A DNA stretch of 64,000 nucleotides from Candidatus Latescibacterota bacterium (GCA_965206595.1 OZ242214.1:4512001-4576000), one strand, 5' to 3'. Counted from the stretch's first letter, positions 9,592 to 20,745 are shown. The notes: generated from the sequence alone by a model not told the origin. Translations and numbers: made by a program.

Positions 9592-11769
9592 TCAGAAGCG
9601 GGAACTGACGGTAACGCGAAAGCTCCGGGAAGCTCCCGGGTTGCGCTCCTGGATGTCGACGTATTCGGCCTGAAGCAGGTTGGCGACCTTGGTCCACAGG
9701 TCAATGCCCATGACCCTGAAATTCAGCCGCAGGTCCACCACCGTGAAAGCGCCGCGCTCGTCGAACGGGTAGACGAGGACCACCTCCGGCCGGCTGCGGT
9801 AGCGCACGTCGAAGGCGACCGCATCGTCCCAGCCGGAAAAGGTCGCGGTGACGATATGGCGCGACCGGTAGGCGAGTTGCCCGCCCGTGCGAAGGTCCTC
9901 GGAATCGATGAAGAGGTAGTTGGTCTGCACATTGAGCTTGTCGGGGACCAGTCCCGCGCGCAGGCCGGTGTCGATACCCCTGACCCTGGCTTCGACAAGG
10001 TTCCGGAACTGAAAGGCGATTTTCTTCTTGCCTTCCGGGCCAGCCACCATGACTGGCACCACCTCGATCAGGCCGGAGTATTCGCTCCAGAAGAGCCCCG
10101 CGTCGAGCCAGAGCCGGTCGCTGGGACTCGCCGTGGCCCCGATCTCGCCTGCCCAGGCGGATTCGCCGCGCAACGCCAGATTCTGAACGACGCGAAACCC
10201 GAACACCGTCGTCGAGGAGAACTGCTCCGAGACGCTCGGGGCCCGGTACCCACGGCTCAGCGAAGTCCGCAGGCTCAGGCGGTCGAAGGGATGGTAGACG
10301 AGGCCGATCTTGGGATTGAGCGCAAGGTCGCTTTCGACGAACGACGCCCTGTGCATGTCGAAGCGGATCCCGACCGAACCCTGCAACCGCTGGGAAAACT
10401 CGATCTCGTCCTGACCGAACAGCGCCAGGTCGGTCACGTTCGGGTTCGGTTCCAGGAAGTTCGACGCCACCCCGGTGTAGGCCGCCTCTCCGCCGACCGT
10501 CACCGTGTGCCGAATACCCGTGAACAGGGAAAGCTGAAGATCGGTGCCGTAGCGGGTGGAGCTGTGGAAATCATCGTTGTCGTGAAAGTGATTCCGCGAA
10601 CGGAAATGCAGGATCTGGGGCCGCAGCTCGAGCTTGACCTTTGGCGTGACAACCGGGGTGGCCGTAAGACCGACGATCAGGTCCGACTCCCGCTTCGAGT
10701 CACCCAGGTAGGCTGGATCGACTTCGAGCCGGCGATTCTTGGACCGCCAGGTGAAGAACTCCTCCACGTCCTCGCGCTTCCAGTTCGCAAACAGCTTCCA
10801 GGGGGTCGCCGACTTCGCCCCGAAAATCGCTTTGGCGCGCAGGCGCCATCCGTCCACCTTGCCGTTCTGGCGAAAGCCGGCGGAGCCCTCGCGCCCCGCG
10901 AACAGCGTGGTGTGGGCGCTGCCGACCTTGCGGGAATGCTGGAGCTGAATTCCCTGTATGCTGAGACGTTCGTCGGAGAAGGCCAGGTGGTCGCCCGGGG
11001 TATCGAAGAGGCCGTAGTACCCGCGCACCGTGGTTTGGGTTTCCCCCAGCGGCGGCCTCGTGATCACGTTCACGACGCCCCCCATGGCGTTGGTGCCCCA
11101 GAGCGTCGAGTGCGGCCCCTTGACGATTTCGATGCGTTCCACGTCCAGGGTCGGGAGGATCCCGAAGTCGACGGACGAGCCCACTCCAGCCAGGGTCCGG
11201 TGGCCGTCGAGAAGCATGAGCACCCTGCTGCCCACGCCGCGCGACAACCCGCTGGAACCGCGGATGTCCATCTGGCCGGCGTTGAAGGTCACGCCCTGCG
11301 CGAAGGGAAGGGCCTCGGTGAGGTTGGCGACGCTTCGCCGCTCCAGCTCGTGGCCGCTGATCACGGCGACGCTTGTCGGAGCGTCACCCGGGTGGGTCCC
11401 CCGGTTCGCCGTAACGGTCAGGCCCGGCGCCTCGAAGAAGAGCCGCTCCAGCGCGAAGCGCAGCGGACCTTCCTTCTCCGCGGCGGACGACTCGACCCCG
11501 CGCTCGGCCGTACGGAACCCCTCGGCCACCACGACCAGAGTGTAGCCCCCGCCGCCGGGCAGATCGATCTCGAAGCGCCCGTCCTCTCCCGATGAAGTCC
11601 ACAAGTGCGTCGAGCGCACCAGCACATCCGCGCCGAAGACCGGCTCCCCGGTCCCGGCATTAACGACGATGCCGCGGATCGTCGCCGACTCCTGCGCATC
11701 CAGCCAAAAGGGCGCCAGGAGCGCGGCCAGGGGAATCCACGCGGATCGGATGCGGGCGGGCAAAGCCAT
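9592..11769 (-). CDS. TonB-dependent outer-membrane receptor with N-terminal carboxypeptidase-regulatory-like domain
   Basis: Signal peptide, TonB-box-like LTVTANR, plug motif IRG...VLMLLDG...ERIEIVKGPHSTLWGTNAMGGVVNVIT, C-terminal Phe. Confidence 0.9.
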   Translation of the reverse strand: MALPARIRSAWIPLAALLAPFWLDAQESATIRGIVVNAGTGEPVFGADVLVRSTHLWTSSGEDGRFEIDLPGGGGYTLVVVAEGFRTAERGVESSAAEKEGPLRFALERLFFEAPGLTVTANRGTHPGDAPTSVAVISGHELERRSVANLTEALPFAQGVTFNAGQMDIRGSSGLSRGVGSRVLMLLDGHRTLAGVGSSVDFGILPTLDVERIEIVKGPHSTLWGTNAMGGVVNVITRPPLGETQTTVRGYYGLFDTPGDHLAFSDERLSIQGIQLQHSRKVGSAHTTLFAGREGSAGFRQNGKVDGWRLRAKAIFGAKSATPWKLFANWKREDVEEFFTWRSKNRRLEVDPAYLGDSKRESDLIVGLTATPVVTPKVKLELRPQILHFRSRNHFHDNDDFHSSTRYGTDLQLSLFTGIRHTVTVGGEAAYTGVASNFLEPNPNVTDLALFGQDEIEFSQRLQGSVGIRFDMHRASFVESDLALNPKIGLVYHPFDRLSLRTSLSRGYRAPSVSEQFSSTTVFGFRVVQNLALRGESAWAGEIGATASPSDRLWLDAGLFWSEYSGLIEVVPVMVAGPEGKKKIAFQFRNLVEARVRGIDTGLRAGLVPDKLNVQTNYLFIDSEDLRTGGQLAYRSRHIVTATFSGWDDAVAFDVRYRSRPEVVLVYPFDERGAFTVVDLRLNFRVMGIDLWTKVANLLQAEYVDIQERNPGASRSFRVTVSSRF

Positions 11770-12029
11770 CCTACCGCCACTCCCGAATATTCCAGACGGC
11801 AAGCGAGGATTCTGTGACATCGGCGGCCAGAGAATTGCCGTCGAGGGTGCTGGTGCCCTTTGTCTCCAGATGCAGCACGCAATGCTCCAAACTGTGAGTC
11901 GGGTTCAAGGCGGTGCGCCACCCCTGCTCCGCGCACCTTTGAACAGGAAAATAAGGCACCTTTCCGGGCCCTCCATCAATAAAATGGCGTCGGATCGGGG
12001 CCGGATCCTCCAGACCGGCGGAGTTCAAC

Positions 12030-12827
12030 TCATGCCGAGTGCGACATTGAGGCCTGCACAATATCTCGTGCCCTCACCAGTTCATCGCGGCTTTTGTAGT
12101 ACTCCAGGACGAAACAGGGGACCTGAGTCCATTCCTGCAGCGCGCCGATATAGGCCGGATAATCCAGACATCCCGACCCCGTCGGCCCGTAGCCGGCGAC
12201 CTCGCCGTTCCCGGCGAAGCGGGCGTCCTTGCCGTGGGCGATGGCGATATCGGGGCCGAGCATCCGCACCGCGCGCACCAGCGGGGTGCGGTCGGGCGCG
12301 AAGTTCGCCGCGTCCATGCAGACTTTGAGTGCCGCGGACCCCACCCGGTCCCGCACCCGCAAAAAGCGCTCCGCACCGTCGATGCTCCCCGCCCGCGTCA
12401 TTTCCACGGCGATGACCACGCCCAATCTCTCCGCGGCCGCGCAGGCCGTCCCCAGCCCTGTGCACAGCCCCTCGAACACCGCCCGGTCGTCGACGCCCTC
12501 CTCCGGATACTCCGACGGATGCCACACAAGCACCGGCCGCGCGTTGTCGCCGAAACGCCCGTCGAGGGCTGCGGTCTTCTCCAGGCAGCGCACCAGCCTT
12601 GCGACATCCCCCCCGATCACCCCCTTCGCCCCGACCAGATCGACGTGCAAGGTCATCGCCGCCAGCACGATACCGGCCGCCTGCAGCAGTTTGTCGATAT
12701 CTTCCGCCGACGGATCTTTCGCATCCCCGTCCGCTCCCCCGCCGAAAAACATCTGCACCGCCTCGAATCCCTCGGACCGCATCTCTGCCGGCGACAACAG
12801 GTCTCCTGCCATCAACCCAAGTTTCAC
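12030..12827 (-). CDS. Sugar-phosphate isomerase/epimerase (xylose-isomerase-like TIM barrel)
   Basis: GTG start after GGAGG; metal motifs IAVE, MDAAN, AHGKD, VLEY. Confidence 0.8.
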   Translation of the reverse strand: MKLGLMAGDLLSPAEMRSEGFEAVQMFFGGGADGDAKDPSAEDIDKLLQAAGIVLAAMTLHVDLVGAKGVIGGDVARLVRCLEKTAALDGRFGDNARPVLVWHPSEYPEEGVDDRAVFEGLCTGLGTACAAAERLGVVIAVEMTRAGSIDGAERFLRVRDRVGSAALKVCMDAANFAPDRTPLVRAVRMLGPDIAIAHGKDARFAGNGEVAGYGPTGSGCLDYPAYIGALQEWTQVPCFVLEYYKSRDELVRARDIVQASMSHSA

Positions 12828-13045
12828 GGTTGCCTCCTTCCAGAATTTCGAGCAAGCGGCGGGTTCAACTCCCTTCCGCTTCTGTTTGAAACAACGAGCC
12901 GACACCGGATCGGTCAGGCACGACGATCCTCAGACGACCGCCTCAGGCCGAGCATGGGCGGAGCTCGGAATAACACAACACCCGGGCGGGCATGGCCACC
13001 CACTCCAGCCGATGACCGCGGGACCCCTCGAAACTTCAGGTCCCG

Positions 13046-13361
13046 TCAGCCCAAGTATCTCTGGATGCCGACGACCATCGCGATGGTCAGGGCGGACAAG
13101 AGTGCGACCCCGACGAGCACGATGGTCAGGGTCTTGCCGATAAACAGCCAGATCCCCAAGCCCATCAAAATGGTCACTGCTCCGAGAAGGAAAAGCATCA
13201 GCCCGACCCAGCGGCCCAAACCCCTCCCTGTCCGCCACCCGGTTCGGGTCGAGACCGGCGATCAGCCCGAACTGTTTCCTGCCCCTGATCAGATAGGCGA
13301 TGACAAAGAGGGGCAGGGCAGAGAGCAGCATGACGAGGAAGATGAAAATGCCTGACTCCAT
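13046..13361 (-). pseudogene. Small 3-TM membrane protein (DUF3784-like), single-base frameshift in a G run
   Basis: MESGIF...LIAGLDPNRVADREG continues in another frame as LGRWVGLMLFLLGAVTILMGLGIW...IQRYLG* once one G is removed from GAGGGG near 13222. May be a sequencing error. Confidence 0.6.
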
Positions 13362-13377
13362 GGGAGTGTCCTCTCGG

Positions 13378-14259
13378 TCAGAGATCCCTTCTTCTCATGC
13401 TGACGAAAGCAGTCAGGAGAAAAATGGTGCTGTAGGCGAGCGCCACCACGGCCAGTAGCTCGAAATCGTGGAATTCCAGCAGCGGCCGGCTCTGCTCGGC
13501 GCGCATTGCGTTTTCCAGCGCCAGCATTTCCGGGTAGTGCAGCCGGCGATCCGCGAGCTCCTCGAACACCTTGGCCGGGAGGAAAGCGAGTGCGGAGTGC
13601 AGAGCCTCACTCGCCTCGGCCAGCACCTGTGACAGGATCTTCTCCACGAGCAGGTACACGAACAGGATCCCCATGGCCGCTCCCGAAGAGCGCAGCAGCG
13701 CCGCCAGCATGAACGCCCCGCTTCCCCACAGCAGCAGCCCCAGCCCGCAGGCGAGCATGTAGTTGAAGTCGCCGAGCCTTATGAGCGGCCAACCGCTTTC
13801 GCCCGGGCTGACCAGCGCGGCGGCTCCCCCGATGGCGATGGGCAGGACGAGGAAAAGCGCCACCAGGATGGCGAGCAGGATGAGCTTCCCTGCGTAGAAG
13901 CGCTCCTTGCTGAGACCGTCGATGACGTTCTGCCGCGCGGTCCGCCACGAGAACTCCGGGGCGAACAGGAGAATCATCGTCACCCCGAGGAAGAACGGCC
14001 CGATATTGGCGGGAACCTGGAGGATCTCCGGCCAGGCGCCGGGGAGCGAAAACGAAGGGTGGGGGCTGCGAATCGCGTTGTGCACGCCGTGTGCGATGAA
14101 GATCGCATTTACCGCGGCGAAGATCCCGGCCGTCACCCAGAAGGCCAGGCGCCTGGTCGTCTTGAGCGCCTCGATCCGTATCAGCACCCCGAGGATCCGG
14201 AGACGGAGGCCCCCGTCAGGTCCGGGCGGCGATGAATCCCCTGGGGCGGCCCCGGTCAC
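13378..14259 (-). CDS. ABC-2 type transporter permease
   Basis: GTG overlaps the ATPase stop (GTGA). About 6 hydrophobic segments, EFSWRTARQNVIDG motif, ends RRDL. Confidence 0.85.
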   Translation of the reverse strand: MTGAAPGDSSPPGPDGGLRLRILGVLIRIEALKTTRRLAFWVTAGIFAAVNAIFIAHGVHNAIRSPHPSFSLPGAWPEILQVPANIGPFFLGVTMILLFAPEFSWRTARQNVIDGLSKERFYAGKLILLAILVALFLVLPIAIGGAAALVSPGESGWPLIRLGDFNYMLACGLGLLLWGSGAFMLAALLRSSGAAMGILFVYLLVEKILSQVLAEASEALHSALAFLPAKVFEELADRRLHYPEMLALENAMRAEQSRPLLEFHDFELLAVVALAYSTIFLLTAFVSMRRRDL

Positions 14260-15194
14260 GACGCGATCTCCGTCATGGAGTCGAAGTCTCCCTCGGTCAG
14301 GTCGATGAAGGCTTCTTCGAGGCTCTGGCGGTGCGGGGCGAGGTGGGATACGTGGATCCCCCGACCGGCCAGGTAGCGGTTCAGGCCGGAGAGGTCGTCC
14401 GACTTCAGGGTCACGACGACCCCGTCCTCGGACTGGCGCACCGAAGTCGCCTCGGAGTAGCCCTGCAGCACCGCGGCGAGCGCGTCTTCGTCTTCTGCTC
14501 GCAGCAGGGCGGCGATGCCGCCGCCCACGACCTCCTCGACGGTCCCGGTGGCGACGATCCTCCCCTTGCGCACGATGGAGACGTGGGTGCAAGTGCGCTC
14601 CACCTCCCACAGCAAGTGGCTGGAGAGAAAGATGGTCTTCCCCCGGTCCGCCAGGATGCGGATGACCTCGCGGATCTCCCGCATGCCCTGGGGGTCCAGG
14701 CCGTTGGCGGGCTCGTCGAGGACGACCAGCTCGGGGTCGTTGAGCATGGTGGCGGCCAGGGCGAGGCGCTGCTTCATGCCCAGCGAGTAGGTGCGGAAGC
14801 GGTCTCTGGCGCGGTCCGCCAGGCCGACCAGCTCCAGGCACTCTTCGATGCGCGGGCGGCCCACCCCCTTCACCGCAGCGGCGACGCGGAGGTTGTCGCG
14901 TCCGCTCATGTAGGGGTAGAAGTTGGGCGTCTCCAGGGTGGCGCCGACGCGGGCGCGGGCGGCGACCAGGTCCCGGGGCTCGGAGGCCCCGAAGAGCCGG
15001 AAGCTCCCGCCGGTGGGGTTGATGATCCCCATGAGCATGCCGATGGTGGTGGTCTTGCCGCTCCCGTTCGGCCCGAGGAAGCCGAAGACCTGGCCCCGCT
15101 CCACGGCGAAGGAGACCTGGTCCACGGCCAGCACGGACTCGCCGCGCCGGGTACCGTACCGTTTGCTGAGGTCGAAGGTTTCGATGACGCTCAT
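14256..15194 (-). CDS. ABC transporter ATP-binding protein (BcrA/lantibiotic-immunity-like)
   Basis: Walker A GPNGSGKTT, signature YSLGMKQR, Walker B VVLDEPANGLDP, H-loop SSH. Confidence 0.95.
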   Translation of the reverse strand: MSVIETFDLSKRYGTRRGESVLAVDQVSFAVERGQVFGFLGPNGSGKTTTIGMLMGIINPTGGSFRLFGASEPRDLVAARARVGATLETPNFYPYMSGRDNLRVAAAVKGVGRPRIEECLELVGLADRARDRFRTYSLGMKQRLALAATMLNDPELVVLDEPANGLDPQGMREIREVIRILADRGKTIFLSSHLLWEVERTCTHVSIVRKGRIVATGTVEEVVGGGIAALLRAEDEDALAAVLQGYSEATSVRQSEDGVVVTLKSDDLSGLNRYLAGRGIHVSHLAPHRQSLEEAFIDLTEGDFDSMTEIAS

Positions 15195-15346
15195 GGGATT
15201 GACGATAGGGGGGCGGGTCCGGGCTGACAACATCCAAGGATCATTGCTTCATTTGGGGGGCGTGTCCACCCGATCTGTTTCGTCCGACAGGCAAGCCATC
15301 ATCGTGGTTTTCCCGACAGCGCGTTTGAAAGCCTGATCCTCCCCGC

Positions 15347-17308
15347 ATGAGCGCTTCGCTCAATCCCCGCCCGGATAGCCAGCCGAAGTCGGCCTTCAGC
15401 TGGAAGGGCCTGCTTGTCGGCGCTCTCCTCTCCCTGTTCATCGGCATCGCCGCGCCGTACGGGGCCATCATCCTGCGGGGATCCTGGTGGGGATTCAACA
15501 GCTCCTCGCCGGGTGCCATCTGCAGCTTCTTCGTCCTCACCTTCGGCGTCAACGTGCTGGTCGGCCTGATCGGCCGGCAGCACTCCCTGAAGAAGGCGGA
15601 CCTGGTGATGGTGTACGCCATGCTGTTGATGGCGGTGAGTGTGTCGATCGCCTTCGTCGGCTACCTGATACCCCACATCAGCGGCGTCTACTACTACGCC
15701 ACAGCCGAAAACAACTGGTCCGGGATCTTCTTTCCCCACATCCCGAAATGGCTGGCGCCGCAGGACTCCGAGGCCGTCAAAGATCTTTACGAAGGCCTGC
15801 CTCCCGGAGCGGGCATGCCCTGGGAGGCCTGGTTGAAACCGCTGGCCTGCTGGTACGGCTTCTACCTGGTGCTCAGTTTCACCATGATCTGCATGGGTGT
15901 GGTCCTGCGCAGGCAGTGGTCGCACCACGAGCGGCTCGCCTATCCGATGACGCAGCTGCCCATCCAGATGATCGAGGGAATGGACGGGCCGCTGACCCGC
16001 ATCCCCCCATTCTTCAAAAACAGGATGATGTGGCTCGGCTTCCTGCTGCCTTTCAGCCTGCTCAGCCTGAGCGGGATGAGCCACTACATCCCCGAGGTTC
16101 CGGACGTGCCTTTCTTCCTGGGGGACCTCCGGCTCTTCGACGTTGTCCGCCTCGAGTTCGCGTTCAGCTGCGCCTGGGTCGGCTTCTCCTACCTCGTGCA
16201 TCTCAACGTCACCTTCAGCATCTGGTGCTTCTATCTGCTGGGCAAGGTTCAGGACGGCCTGTTCCATACCCTCGGGGTCTCCAGTAGCGAACAGCTCAGC
16301 CTCTACTCTTATGCGCAGTCAGCGGACCTGACCCACCAGCAAATGGGAGCCTGCCTGATCTTCGTGCTCTACGGTCTGTGGATTGCGCGGCCACACCTGC
16401 GCCGGGTGTGGGACAAGGTCAGGCGCAGCGACGGGATCGACGATTCGGACGAGGCGCTGCCGTACAGGTTCGCCGTTCTCGGCTTCTTTGGAGGCCTGCT
16501 CCTTGCCGGAGTCTGGCTGTGGGCTTCCGGTATTCCGCTGATCGTGCTGCCGGTGTTCCTGGGAGTCTGCCTGGTCTTCTACCTGGTGGTAACGCGGGTC
16601 GTGGCCACAGCCGGGCTGGCGACAGCCCGGGCGCCCATGGTATCGGCGTTCTTCGTGATTTCCGGGATGGGCACCTCCCTGATCGGCACCAAGGGCCTGG
16701 TGGCCCTGACCTTCACCTACGTCTGGCAGGCGGACATGCGCGTCTTCCCCATGGTGGCCTGCGCCAACGCACTCAAGCTGGCCGAAAGCATCCCGGGACC
16801 CAAGGGTCGGCTGTTCTGGGGCATGCTCGCCGCCGTCGTTTGCGGACTGGCGGGAGCGACCTGGATCATCCTGAGCACCGCGTACGCGGAAGGCGGCATC
16901 AACCTCCACAGCTTTTTCATGAGTCACCTGCCGCAGCGAACCTTCGTCGACATGGCCCGGCCGATTCTGAACCCTACCGGGCCGGACGCGCGCGGCTGGC
17001 TTTTCACCGGGATCGGGGCCGCTTTCGAGGGATTCCTCATGCTGGCGCAGAAGCGGTTTCACTGGTGGCCGCTGCACCCCCTGGGGCCCGTCGTCGGTAT
17101 CGGCTGGCTCACCGGACAGATCTGGTTTTCCGTCTTCACCGCCTGGCTGGTGAAGCTGGTGATTGTCAAGTACGGAGGCCCTCGACTCTTCGACCGGGCA
17201 AAGCCGTTTTTCCTGGGGTTGATTCTGGGGGAGGCGGTGGTGTCAGGGACGTGGCTGCTGATCGACTTCCTGATGGGGGAAAGCGGCAATCACATTACGG
17301 GGATGTAG
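15347..17308 (+). CDS. Polytopic membrane protein, DUF6785/DUF6784-like (putative peptide/OPT-related transporter)
   Basis: 653 aa with many TM segments; motifs RRQWSHHERLAYP, WWPLHPLG, KYGG...KPFFLGLILGE. Family assigned from recall. Confidence 0.7.
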   Translation: MSASLNPRPDSQPKSAFSWKGLLVGALLSLFIGIAAPYGAIILRGSWWGFNSSSPGAICSFFVLTFGVNVLVGLIGRQHSLKKADLVMVYAMLLMAVSVSIAFVGYLIPHISGVYYYATAENNWSGIFFPHIPKWLAPQDSEAVKDLYEGLPPGAGMPWEAWLKPLACWYGFYLVLSFTMICMGVVLRRQWSHHERLAYPMTQLPIQMIEGMDGPLTRIPPFFKNRMMWLGFLLPFSLLSLSGMSHYIPEVPDVPFFLGDLRLFDVVRLEFAFSCAWVGFSYLVHLNVTFSIWCFYLLGKVQDGLFHTLGVSSSEQLSLYSYAQSADLTHQQMGACLIFVLYGLWIARPHLRRVWDKVRRSDGIDDSDEALPYRFAVLGFFGGLLLAGVWLWASGIPLIVLPVFLGVCLVFYLVVTRVVATAGLATARAPMVSAFFVISGMGTSLIGTKGLVALTFTYVWQADMRVFPMVACANALKLAESIPGPKGRLFWGMLAAVVCGLAGATWIILSTAYAEGGINLHSFFMSHLPQRTFVDMARPILNPTGPDARGWLFTGIGAAFEGFLMLAQKRFHWWPLHPLGPVVGIGWLTGQIWFSVFTAWLVKLVIVKYGGPRLFDRAKPFFLGLILGEAVVSGTWLLIDFLMGESGNHITGM

Positions 17309-17311
17309 CCG

Positions 17312-17421
17312 ATGACGGCCATAGCGGAGATTCAGCAGGCGGTCATGAACCTTTCCAAATCCGACTGTGACCGAGGCCCTGGCTCACCGAATACGACCGG
17401 GAAGAGTGGGATCGGCAGATC
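17312..17421 (+). pseudogene. Frameshifted, truncated fragment of a small addiction-module/antitoxin-like protein
   Basis: MTAIAEIQQAVMNLSKSD then, in a shifted frame, RPWLTEYDREEWDRQI, a pattern of small helical TA-associated proteins. Confidence 0.45.
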
Positions 17422-18519
17422 TATGTTGCACCGAGACCTCCACCCAGGTGATCTCGAATTCTTCCTCGCCTTTCACTTCGACCAGGTTGTATCCGTCGCT
17501 GAGGGCTTCGGGGGGCACGTGGTAAGCCTGGCGTTGCGGTTGCTCCTCCGGCCATGCGGACTCGCGGATGTGCGCTGCTTCGACGATACCCGACCACGAA
17601 CAGGGCGTATCGTTGAGCAGCACTTCCAGCGGCTCATCCCGGTCTGTCGCGACGAGCTCGATGCGGGTGTCCTGCCGGTCCGTCGGAAGCGGACCGATGT
17701 GAATGCGGAAGAACCCGTGCCTGCCGCTGCAGGAAAGCGCACTGTCGGCGCCCGGCCTGAGTCGATACCGTCTTCCAGGTGGACGGCGACGGAAGCCCGT
17801 GCCGTCGGGCGATCCAGGGAGTTGACGGTACGCGAACGTCGAGCTCGACCGGGTGCCCCAGGCGCGTCGCGGCCCGGTCCGTCGCCTGCCGCGCTCGCTG
17901 CACGAGAGCCGTCATCAAGGCCACCCCCCGATGCCCGCGCCCCTCGCGGAAGTAGAGCCAGAAGCGCAGAAAATCGAGCTCGAGACCATCGAGGTCGTAA
18001 CGCTCGCACACTTTCCTCGATCAGCTTGACGTAGTGCTCGCGCACTCCGGGCTGTTCGTAGTCCAGGCCGTAGCTCAGACGCCATTCCGGGTGCGACTTC
18101 CACAGGGTGCTGTGACTCGGGTGGCCGGGAAGGTTCGGACTATGGTCGTCGTTCATCCTCAATAGAGATCCACGCCTTTGCCTGTTCCGCCTGGCGCCAT
18201 CGATCATCCGTTCCGGGTAGTCGCAACCCTGGTCGTGCAGCGCCAGCATGTTCTTGAAGAGCTCCGTCTCGAATCGGCGCTGCGGGTCGAGACCGTCAAA
18301 GAACGGCTGCTCGTCACCGGGGGCGGGATCGTACCCGTCCCAGTACGCCTCCCAGACCGAGCTGCGGTAGTTGGTGCGCTTGGCATTGACGTTGATGAAC
18401 AGGTCCGTGATCCCGAGGGCGGCGTGTTCGTCCGTGAACGCGTCGATCGTCCCGGGAAGATTCGGACCGAACGTGCCGACGAAGAACTCGGTACAATCGA
18501 GGTTATAGATCACCCGCAT
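17422..18519 (-). pseudogene. GH10-like (GHL10/DUF187-type) glycoside hydrolase, multiply frameshifted and deleted
   Basis: MRVIYNLD...RMNDDH...HPEW...LDYEQPGVREH continues in another frame as CERYDLDGLELDFLR, with a third-frame tail (LSDGYNLVEV). Confidence 0.7.
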
Positions 18520-18649
18520 GGTCTTCGGCTCCGCTTCACCGGTTCTACGGCGCAAACGGTGTCATTGGGACGGACTGCGGCAAGCGCCATCCATGGGTCG
18601 AATCACAGATGCCTTGTGGAAGCAGGTGGGTCCTATCTGTAATCGGCGG

Positions 18650-19600
18650 TCAGCGGGGAGAAGGGTCAACCTTTCGACGGCGTCGCCCAGGACCGTGACC
18701 TCCACTTCCGTACGGGTACCGGTCGAGACCATCCTCGGGTGAGCTCAGATAGAAACCCGAGCCAACGACAAAGTCGACTTGTACTACGCGTCCGCCTGCA
18801 CTGTACTCACCTTTGAACTCGCGGGCGTAGCCCACCTTGGGGATATCGGCGCTGTCGGTGTCGTCACTGGGATCGTCCCAGTAATACTGAACGAAGCCTC
18901 CTTCCGGGCTACCGGTCGCCGCGTCGATGATCTGCGGCAGAACGAGCTCTCCGGTAACGATGTCTCGGACAGGAAGTATCAGAGGATTAAGCTCGTATCT
19001 GTCCGGAAACGCTGCGTGTAACAGGATTATGTTGCTGGTAAGATCCAGGATGTAGAGGTACACGGAACCGTGTCTCCAGGGTCCATTCGGATCCCGCAAG
19101 GCGATCCTGGCTTTCGAGGAAGCGGCTATATCGCCGCTCCTTTGGAGTTCGAGAAAGTACTCCCCCGCTTGCGTGACGAAGGTCTTCAAGGTTTCCCGGT
19201 CCTCCACGTCCCTGGCAGTAATGGCCGGGTCGCCGTGATCGATGTCTTCTTCAATCAGGTGAGATTCATTGAGATCGAATCCGGCGAGCAACACGATCGG
19301 GAGGCCGAAATTGACCGAGAGATATAGGGCGGCATAGCCGGAGGCGCCTGGGACATCGGCTATATTGAACGGGCCTCCATCCCCGGATGCGGCGCCAGCG
19401 AAGGCGGTCAGGGCCGTCGCAGGATTGGCCAGGTCGGCTGGATTGATTCCCAATGCTTGAAGGATCGCTCCATAGATCAAGGGGTTGAGTTGCCTGCCCG
19501 ACAATGCCATGTCCTTCGAGTGAACGAACACCCTGCCGTCGGGCGTCAGTTGCACAAGGTAGGTGGAACCGGAATGCCAATGGCTCTCCTCTGGCGATCG
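18650..19600 (-). pseudogene. Fragment of a protein with tandem Cache-like domains, 5' end replaced by IS remnant
   Basis: Two related units (HWHSGSTYLVQLTPDGRVFVH; PWRHGSVYLYILD...LLHAAFP) and GGFVQYYWDDP...KVGY...VVGSGFY. No native start codon. Confidence 0.6.
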
Positions 19601-20312
19601 CAGCCGCATCGCCCCTGGCCGGCACGCACCACCGTCTGCGACATCCTCAAACGCCATGGCCTGGTGTCGACGGCTACAGCCGCTTCCTGCTGGGGTGCCA
19701 AGCCCTCGAGGCGCCCCAGGGGCAACTGAGCCGGCCGGTCTTCCACCGGCTCTTCCGCACCTACGGCCTGCCCCGCATCCTCCGCACCGACAACGGCGCC
19801 CCCTTCGCCTCCTCCCAGGCGCTGGGACGGCTCTCCCAACTGTCGGTCTGGTGGATCCGGCTCGGCATCTTGCCCGAGCGCATCCAGCCCGGCTGCCCGC
19901 AGCAGAATGGGCGCCACGAACGCCTGCATGGCACGCTCAAGCGGGAGGCGACCATTCCCCCCGCCGCGTCCCGCTTCGGACAGCAATACCGCTTTACCCG
20001 CTTCCGTCACGAATACAACCAGAAACGACCCCACGAGGCCTTGGAACAAAGACCTCCGGTCGAGTTCTACCAGCCCTCGCCACGTCCTTTTCCCAGAAAG
20101 CTGCCGCCCCTACCCTGCGCACTGGGAAGTTCGGCTGGTCAGTACTAACGGAGGCATCCGACGGAGTCTGGGAGGTGTGGTTCGGTCCCCTTAGACTGGG
20201 TCGCATGGACGAACGACAGCTCACCATCACCGACGCTTTGGGTAAAGCCGCTCCCCGGAAACTGTAAACCATGTTGCCGGACTATTCTGTAAAGGATGTG
20301 CCCGACCGCTCA
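19601..20312 (+). mobile_element. Degenerate IS481-family (rve integrase) element remnant with right end
   Basis: PWPARTTVCDILKRHGL, VDGYSRFLL, RTDNGAPF, PGCPQQNGRHER, YNQKRPHEAL in shifting frames. Subterminal tandem CTGTAAA.. boxes at 20262 and 20287; ends ...TCA at 20312. Confidence 0.85.
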
Positions 20313-20561
20313 GAGGTTCTCCTGGTGAGAGGAGGCCGACAACAAGAACCATCGATGTCGGGGTGGGCAATGTTCCGGTTCTCATCATGAGGGTTCTCCT
20401 GGTGATTGGCCTGCAGCGGGATGCGCGGCGGGCAAGAGACTGGCTAGTCCTGCAATGAACACTGCGATCGGAGCGATCGGACGCTTCATGGTGGCTTACT
20501 CCCTGTTGTAACGGTGGAAAATACGGCCGTAAGGAAAGTCGTTTCTTCAAACATAGTGTGC

Positions 20562-20745
20562 CTATCCCTCCTGCCTACCAGTCCACGACCACCCGTCGTC
20601 GGGATCAAGGCTGACTCGATAGGGGCTCGGTTCGCCTACCTGGTCCATGAGCTTGTCTTCGTCGATGATGATGCCGAGGCCGGGATCCGTGGGCAGGGGC
20701 CGGTGCCCGGTGGCGACCGGCGGCAAGGATTTGGCGAGCAGGTCC
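20562..20745 (-). pseudogene. C-terminal fragment of an enolase-superfamily dehydratase (DgoD-like)
   Basis: GHRPLPTDPGLGIIIDEDKL...DPDDG resembles the C-terminus of galactonate dehydratase-type enzymes. Confidence 0.5.

Noticed and set aside
9856-11595. Long antisense/alternate-frame ORFs (e.g. 9856-11595 +, 22507-23820 +, 29645-31513 -, 57837-59651 +, 59158-61044 +)
   Set aside because: Shadows of well-supported genes in high-GC DNA; Arg/Pro/Gly-rich or motif-free translations.
11770-12029. Possible cobalamin riboswitch ahead of the TonB-dependent receptor
   Set aside because: A hairpin is present (GTTCAA..GGTGCGC / GCGCACC..TTGAAC), but I could not find the B12-box or other consensus elements.
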